A stretch of DNA of 44,382 nt from a virus. The translations under genes were made by a program, and so were the position numbers. The notes under the pieces were generated by a model. It was not told the origin of the DNA. It did no database searches and saw only the letters and a list, made by a program, of their open reading frames with translations. Below, piece by piece: positions 40,670 through 44,382 of the stretch. The stretch lies in IMG/VR virus record IMGVR_UViG_3300031993_000157, one strand, 5' to 3'. Each line of letters opens with the position of its first letter. The stretch's first letter is position 1.

Positions 40670-41280
40670 TGGCAACGAAAATCGAAATTGGGATTGCGGC
40701 CGCCGTGGTCGCAATCCTTTGTCTTTTTGGAATCCAACAAAGACATTTGGACCGGTTGCGCGATGAACGGGACCGGTACAGGAAAAACGCGGAAACGTTG
40801 ATGGGCGACGTGGAGAAATACCGCGTCCGCGATTCATTGAGCGCGGCCCGGGTGCAATCGCTTGAATTGTCCGCAAAGGAGTTTGAACGGTTCCGGGCGG
40901 AAGATGCGAAATTGATTCGGGAATTGAAAGGAAAGAACCGGGATTTGGCGGCCGTGAACAAGACACAGGCGCAAACCATTATCGAATTGCGTTCGGCTCC
41001 GAAAGACACGACGGTAATTCGGGATTCTGTGTTGGTCCCGGCGGTCGCGGTTCATTGCGGGGACGCGTGGTTTGATTTCGACGGAATCTTGACGCCGGAC
41101 GAATTTACGGGAACGTTGACCAATCGGGATTCGTTGGTTGTTGCGGAATCTGTCAAGTACAAACGTTTCCTTGGGTTCCTTTGGAAAACGAAGAATGTAA
41201 AGGACCGGCGCGTTGACGTTGTAAGCAAAAACCCGCACACCGAAATACAAAGCGTCGAACACGTCGTAATTGAAAAATAA
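40669..41280 (+). CDS. Membrane-anchored coiled-coil protein (203 aa), spanin-like lysis accessory candidate
   Basis: N-terminal TM IGIAAAVVAILCLFGI followed by a coiled coil; last late gene before the terminator. Confidence 0.45.
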   Translation: MATKIEIGIAAAVVAILCLFGIQQRHLDRLRDERDRYRKNAETLMGDVEKYRVRDSLSAARVQSLELSAKEFERFRAEDAKLIRELKGKNRDLAAVNKTQAQTIIELRSAPKDTTVIRDSVLVPAVAVHCGDAWFDFDGILTPDEFTGTLTNRDSLVVAESVKYKRFLGFLWKTKNVKDRRVDVVSKNPHTEIQSVEHVVIEK

Positions 41281-41335
41281 ACACTATCTTTGCTATTGAA
41301 GATAAGAACACAGGTTTAGATTGAAAATGTTTCGG

Positions 41336-41373
41336 GACGGCTTCGCAGGGATGCGCGGCCGTCTTTCTTTTTT
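41336..41373 (+). terminator. Terminator GACGGC-(internal CGC/GCG)-GCCGTC + TTTCTTTTTT, end of the late operon
   Basis: Stem and a long T tract, read from sequence. Confidence 0.75.
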
Positions 41374-41432
41374 GGCGGAAACGGGGCCCGGAATGAAAAA
41401 TTAACTTTTTTGTGCAAATTTTTACAAAAAGT

Positions 41433-41521
41433 TTTGGAGATTAAAATTTTTGTTGTACCTTTGTATCGGGTTCAAGAAAGAACACCACGGCACGGGCCGG
41501 TTCCCGGTAAAGAATAAAGCA
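41433..41521 (+). promoter_or_regulatory. Early promoter-leader module C: TTTG (41433-41436) N19 TACCTTTG (41456-41463), hairpins 41468-41486 and 41493-41506
   Basis: Consensus promoter plus a two-hairpin leader; homologous to A, B and D. Confidence 0.8.
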
Positions 41522-41848
41522 ATGGCAAATTACTTTCAAGATTTCAACATTTCCGAGATGGCAAACGCAATCGGAATGGTCCCCGGCGAAAAAAGAGAAT
41601 ACGAAATTAACGTTATCGGTTCCAATTATTCCGCACACAACGATTCGTACGTTGAATTTCACGTTGAGAAAATCCGCATAACGGAAGCCGAAAACGGACA
41701 TACCACATTAAAGGTTTGGGGACGTTGGTTTTATACTGATATGGCCGAACACGTGAACGAATGGTACAGAAAAAACACCGTTCAAACCCAATGGTGGGGA
41801 TTGCGCCCGGACACGTTACGCAAGATTCAATCTTTAATTTCCAAGTAA
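41522..41848 (+). CDS. Hypothetical early protein (108 aa)
   Basis: Internal ATG (MANYFQDF) of ORF 41450..41848, 15 nt after leader hairpin 2. Confidence 0.7.
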   Translation: MANYFQDFNISEMANAIGMVPGEKREYEINVIGSNYSAHNDSYVEFHVEKIRITEAENGHTTLKVWGRWFYTDMAEHVNEWYRKNTVQTQWWGLRPDTLRKIQSLISK

Positions 41849-41858
41849 GTAAAAACCC

Positions 41859-41878
41859 GGCCCCGGGCAACCGGGGCC
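41859..41878 (+). other. GC-rich stem-loop GGCCCCGG-gcaa-CCGGGGCC (GNRA tetraloop); no U-tract
   Basis: Homolog of 26..45 with a compensatory paired change and the same flanks (..aaaatccca..). Confidence 0.6.
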
Positions 41879-41893
41879 AAAAATCCCAAAGAT

Positions 41894-42079
41894 ATGGAAA
41901 TTGCAATTGTATTATTGGCCTTTTCATTGGTCGGTTTCGTGGCCCTGTTTATGGGATACGTATTTGCCGCGATTCTTGCGGACAACCCGAAAAAGCCGTT
42001 TTCGGAATCGTTCGATTACACGTACAACCCGGAATTGATGGAGGACGGGACCGCGTATGAGAATACGCGCGGGTGGTAG
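41894..42079 (+). CDS. Small membrane protein (61 aa, one TM)
   Basis: ORF track; IAIVLLAFSLVGFVALFMGYVFAAIL. Confidence 0.6.
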   Translation: MEIAIVLLAFSLVGFVALFMGYVFAAILADNPKKPFSESFDYTYNPELMEDGTAYENTRGW

Positions 42080-42111
42080 ATTTGTCAAACTAATATTAAC
42101 ACGATACAGAA

Positions 42112-42348
42112 ATGGGAAGATTAAACGGTGTTACGTTGGCGTTGCTTACTGCAATGGCAATGGCGGAAAACGAACAATTTATGCGTGGCGGGCGACGGGT
42201 TGTCGTTGTTCCGGAAAGCGAGAACGAAAGGGAAAGAAAACGCCGCATTGAAGCGGAAACAATCGCAAAAGCGAAAGCAAAGCGGGCGAGGAAAGCGGAA
42301 AAATACCGGGCGACACACCCGGAAGATGCAAAAAACAAAAACAATTAG
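42112..42348 (+). CDS. Hypothetical highly charged protein (78 aa)
   Basis: ORF track; hydrophobic N-terminus followed by a Lys/Arg/Glu-rich helix. Confidence 0.55.
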   Translation: MGRLNGVTLALLTAMAMAENEQFMRGGRRVVVVPESENERERKRRIEAETIAKAKAKRARKAEKYRATHPEDAKNKNN

Positions 42349-42350
42349 GT

Positions 42351-42584
42351 ATGAATGCTATTTTTGTTGAACGCGCAATGACTATTGCGCTGGTTGCCGT
42401 GGCAATCGAACTTTTGGTATTGGGGTATCGTTTCGTTTGTTTCAGGCGAGAGAAATACCCGTATTCGTTCGCTGAATACGCGTCAATTCACGCGTCCCGC
42501 GTTGACGGCGCGTTGATTGGCGTTGCGCTTGTTATTGTAATTTCCGTTCTTTTTGTTTGGGTGTTCTCTCAATTAGATGCGTAA
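42351..42584 (+). CDS. Small membrane protein (77 aa, two TM)
   Basis: ORF track; MTIALVAVAIELLVLGY and LIGVALVIVISVLFVWVF. Confidence 0.6.
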   Translation: MNAIFVERAMTIALVAVAIELLVLGYRFVCFRREKYPYSFAEYASIHASRVDGALIGVALVIVISVLFVWVFSQLDA

Positions 42585-42586
42585 TT

Positions 42587-42802
42587 ATGAAACAGATTAA
42601 CACGATTGAACGCGTAATTTGCCGTTATGGCCGATATTATGCGACATTGCCGGAAGAAACGTGGAAGATGTTTGCCGATGGCGAACAGGTCCAAGTGATA
42701 GTCAAGAAATTGCCGACGGCCCGCCAACGGCAAATTTGCCGGGACGTGTTAATGGCAATATTGGGCCTATTGACGGCGTTGTTGGTCGCAATACTCTGGT
42801 AA
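42587..42802 (+). CDS. Small protein with C-terminal TM anchor (71 aa)
   Basis: Internal ATG (MKQINTIERV) of ORF 42557..42802; VLMAILGLLTALLVAILW. Confidence 0.55.
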   Translation: MKQINTIERVICRYGRYYATLPEETWKMFADGEQVQVIVKKLPTARQRQICRDVLMAILGLLTALLVAILW

Positions 42803-42803
42803 T

Positions 42804-43034
42804 ATGGGAATGCCGGAAAGATTATTTATTGCCGAATTTATGGTTTCCCCGGGTATGTTGGAACCGGCTGATTTCCCGCCGCAAAATCCGGAAACGGAAT
42901 ATATTAACGTAAATTGTGTTATGGATTTCGTTAATACCGTGCGCCGGTATGTCAACCCCAAAAAGGGCGACGCGTTTTGCTCGCGTTCCGAACTGTTGGG
43001 GAAACTGAATGAACTAACAAAATTGATTGAGTAA
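42804..43034 (+). CDS. Hypothetical protein (76 aa)
   Basis: ORF track. Confidence 0.6.
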   Translation: MGMPERLFIAEFMVSPGMLEPADFPPQNPETEYINVNCVMDFVNTVRRYVNPKKGDAFCSRSELLGKLNELTKLIE

Positions 43035-43252
43035 TGGCACGGGAAATCGCAAAAAGAAAACCCGACGGAACGTATAGGCTTTGCCCGTACCGGTATAAAA
43101 GGGTGGGTCCGTTTGTGAACGGCGTTCCGCTTGTTGGTAGTGACCCTTGTATGACTTGCCCGTATAATACGGGGCGTTACGCAAGTTACAATCCAATTGT
43201 AATTCAATGCGAATACGAAGAAAAGCATAAAAACGATGGCAAAGAAAAGTAA
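43034..43252 (+). CDS. Small Cys-rich protein (72 aa)
   Basis: ORF track; CPYRY...CMTCPYN...C pattern. Confidence 0.6.
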   Translation: MAREIAKRKPDGTYRLCPYRYKRVGPFVNGVPLVGSDPCMTCPYNTGRYASYNPIVIQCEYEEKHKNDGKEK

Positions 43253-43535
43253 TGTTCGAACCCGGCGTATGCAATACGATGATTTTTTGCATACGGCGCA
43301 CCAAACGAACTGCAACGCCCTTGCGTTCGTTGGAATGGAGTTTTGCAAGCGTGAACGGCAACACCAATTCCATTACGCGTTGTTGGCCCACGCGCAAGAT
43401 AAATACCTGTTTTACGATGGGATGGAAACCCGGGCAATCGTGGCGTGTAAAAAGGAACACGCGGACGAAATACGGAGTATTGCAAATGGATTAGATGGGC
43501 GCGAAATCCCGGTTCATCTTGACGAAAAAATTTGA
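43236..43535 (+). CDS. Hypothetical protein (99 aa)
   Basis: ORF track; 17-nt overlap with the previous gene. Confidence 0.6.
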   Translation: MAKKSNVRTRRMQYDDFLHTAHQTNCNALAFVGMEFCKRERQHQFHYALLAHAQDKYLFYDGMETRAIVACKKEHADEIRSIANGLDGREIPVHLDEKI

Positions 43536-43539
43536 CAAC

Positions 43540-43647
43540 TCCCGGCGTGGTGTAATTGGTTACAACGTTCGGCCCGTTTTAACAAAATTCAGTGGTTGCA
43601 AGTGAAACGCGGGCGCGAAAGATGCGGTCCGAATCCGCCGCCGGGAA
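43540..43647 (+). ncRNA. tRNA-like element (about 108 nt) with oversized anticodon-position arm
   Basis: Acceptor TCCCGGC/GCCGGGA (extendable to 8 bp). D arm with loop taattGGtta. T arm GCGG-tccgaat-CCGC. The central arm TTCG-GCCCG...CGGGC-g-CGAA encloses 33 nt. Confidence 0.35.
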
Positions 43648-43649
43648 CG

Positions 43650-43682
43650 AAAAACCGCGCCCCGGACGAATCCCGGGCGCGG
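43650..43682 (-). terminator. Terminator for the minus-strand gene: CCGCGCCCGGG-attcgt-CCGGGGCGCGG + TTTTT (minus-strand reading)
   Basis: Stem of 10 bp with one mismatch at 43655-43682. The T run lies only on the minus strand (plus-strand aaaaa at 43650-43654). Confidence 0.7.
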
Positions 43683-43758
43683 CGGTCCAATACCGAAAGC
43701 GATACGAGGTAAACGGACGCAACAAAGATAGGGATTTTTCCAAGAAAATGGAAATTCC

Positions 43759-43944
43759 CTATTTCTTTTTGGGTTGCGCGGTCTTTTCCCTGTAACCGGA
43801 TGCGTAAATTTCGCGGCCTTGCGCTTCCGCTTGGGCCTTTGTCGGGTAAACTTTGCCGGATTGGCCCCATTGGTAGCCGCCCGGGACTTTGTGAACAGGC
43901 ATAAGCAATAAATTTTTGGGTTTACAACCGCGAATATACGGCAT
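43759..43944 (-). CDS. Small conserved-looking protein (61 aa), the only minus-strand gene
   Basis: ORF track. PGGYQWGQSGKVYPTKAQAEAQGREIYASGY resembles a motif I recall from small phage proteins (unverified). Has its own terminator; divergent from promoter D. Confidence 0.55.
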   Translation of the reverse strand: MPYIRGCKPKNLLLMPVHKVPGGYQWGQSGKVYPTKAQAEAQGREIYASGYREKTAQPKKK

Positions 43945-43999
43945 TGTGGCGGGGATTTCGAAAAAAGATGCAAAATTTTCGAAAAATTATACAAAAAGT

Positions 44000-44088
44000 T
44001 TTGGTTTTTATGAAAATTGTTGTACCTTTGTATCGGGTTCAATAAGGAAACCAACGCACCGGGGCGGTTCCCGGTAAAGAAACAGACA
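44000..44088 (+). promoter_or_regulatory. Early promoter-leader module D: TTTG (44000-44003) N19 TACCTTTG (44023-44030), hairpins 44036-44052 and 44059-44074
   Basis: Consensus promoter plus a two-hairpin leader; closest to module C, including upstream tacaaaaagttttgg. Confidence 0.8.
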
Positions 44089-44268
44089 ATGAAACAGAAC
44101 ATCACAAAAAAAGGACTTGACGCCAACCTTAACGAAATCGCCGTTATTGTTAAATATGATTCTATGGGCGTTAATCAAGGAACATTCTACAAAGATATTG
44201 AGGGCGAACACGAAATGTCCGAAAGAATGGCCAATTTGCTTTTCGAAGAAAATGTTTGCATTCGATAA
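44089..44268 (+). CDS. Hypothetical early protein (59 aa); its last 13 nt are also bases 1-13 of the window
   Basis: Internal ATG (MKQNITKK) of ORF 44017..44268, 14 nt after leader hairpin 2. Confidence 0.6.
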   Translation: MKQNITKKGLDANLNEIAVIVKYDSMGVNQGTFYKDIEGEHEMSERMANLLFEENVCIR

Positions 44269-44382
44269 ATAATCAACCCCGGCCCGGGGCAACCCGGGCC
44301 ATAAATCCCAATAGAAACTAACTAAAAAATCAATCAATATGGCAAACGAAATCATCAAAGGTTACAAGGGCTTCGACAAAGA
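44256..44382. repeat. Terminal overlap, copy 2 (identical to 1-127); contains a duplicate of the hairpin at 26..45 and the first 44 nt of gene 84..905 (ATG at 44339)
   Basis: Base-by-base identity with the window start. Confidence 0.95.

Noticed and set aside
41284-41373. Short promoter-to-terminator unit (TATCTTTG at 41284, terminator at 41336-41373) as an sRNA gene; a similar minus-strand TATCTTTG lies at 43724-43731 upstream of the 43650-43682 terminator
   Set aside because: The 8-mer TAnnTTTG alone is expected about 20 times by chance in 2 x 44 kb. Neither site has a -33 TTTG at N19. Both terminators are already explained by the adjacent protein genes. This could be revisited with RNA-seq.
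43540-43647. tRNA-like element as an attP core (phage copy of a host tRNA 3' end)
   Set aside because: No integrase or excisionase is visible anywhere in the genome. The element also includes a 5' acceptor half and a D arm, not just a tRNA 3' segment.
1-44382. Stop-codon reassignment (suppressor tRNAs), as seen in some Bacteroidota phages
   Set aside because: Long uninterrupted ORFs cover nearly the whole + strand under the standard code, and neither canonical tRNA has a stop-reading anticodon. The only hint is the hypothetical UUA loop in the tRNA-like element, reported separately as speculative.

Overview
The window is a complete, circularly closed tailed-phage genome of about 44.26 kb: bases 1-127 recur exactly at 44256-44382. 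It carries about 76 protein genes, all but one on the + strand, tightly packed with many ATGA/TAATG overlaps. Four near-identical early promoters match the Bacteroidota consensus (TTTG-N19-TAnnTTTG), so the host is probably a Bacteroidota member (inference). The early/accessory half runs from 41.3 kb through the junction to 18.2 kb. It holds many small ORFs, an XRE-type HTH protein, a RecB-family exonuclease, a C5-methyltransferase-like protein, a winged-helix initiator with internal iterons and a RuvC-like resolvase. It also holds a tRNA-Gln(UUG) / HNH endonuclease / tRNA-Leu(CAA) island, a Rad50/SbcC-like ATPase, a DnaQ-like exonuclease, SSB and an ASCH protein. The late half (18.3-41.3 kb) encodes small and large terminase, portal, scaffold, major capsid, a tail chaperone and a 998-aa tape measure. 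These are followed by tail tip/fibre proteins, a beta-propeller glycosidase-like protein, holin, amidase and a spanin-like protein. I saw no integrase, DNA polymerase, helicase or primase. The most notable unexplained structure is a promoter-proximal two-hairpin RNA leader repeated 4-5 times with compensatory stem changes. Other signals are paired GNRA-capped hairpins, shared translation-initiation blocks, phased 9-mer repeats, a perfect 8 x 27-bp in-frame tandem repeat, and two tRNA-like elements beside the two canonical tRNAs. All functional calls rest on motif recognition by eye and gene order; no database search or folding program was available.
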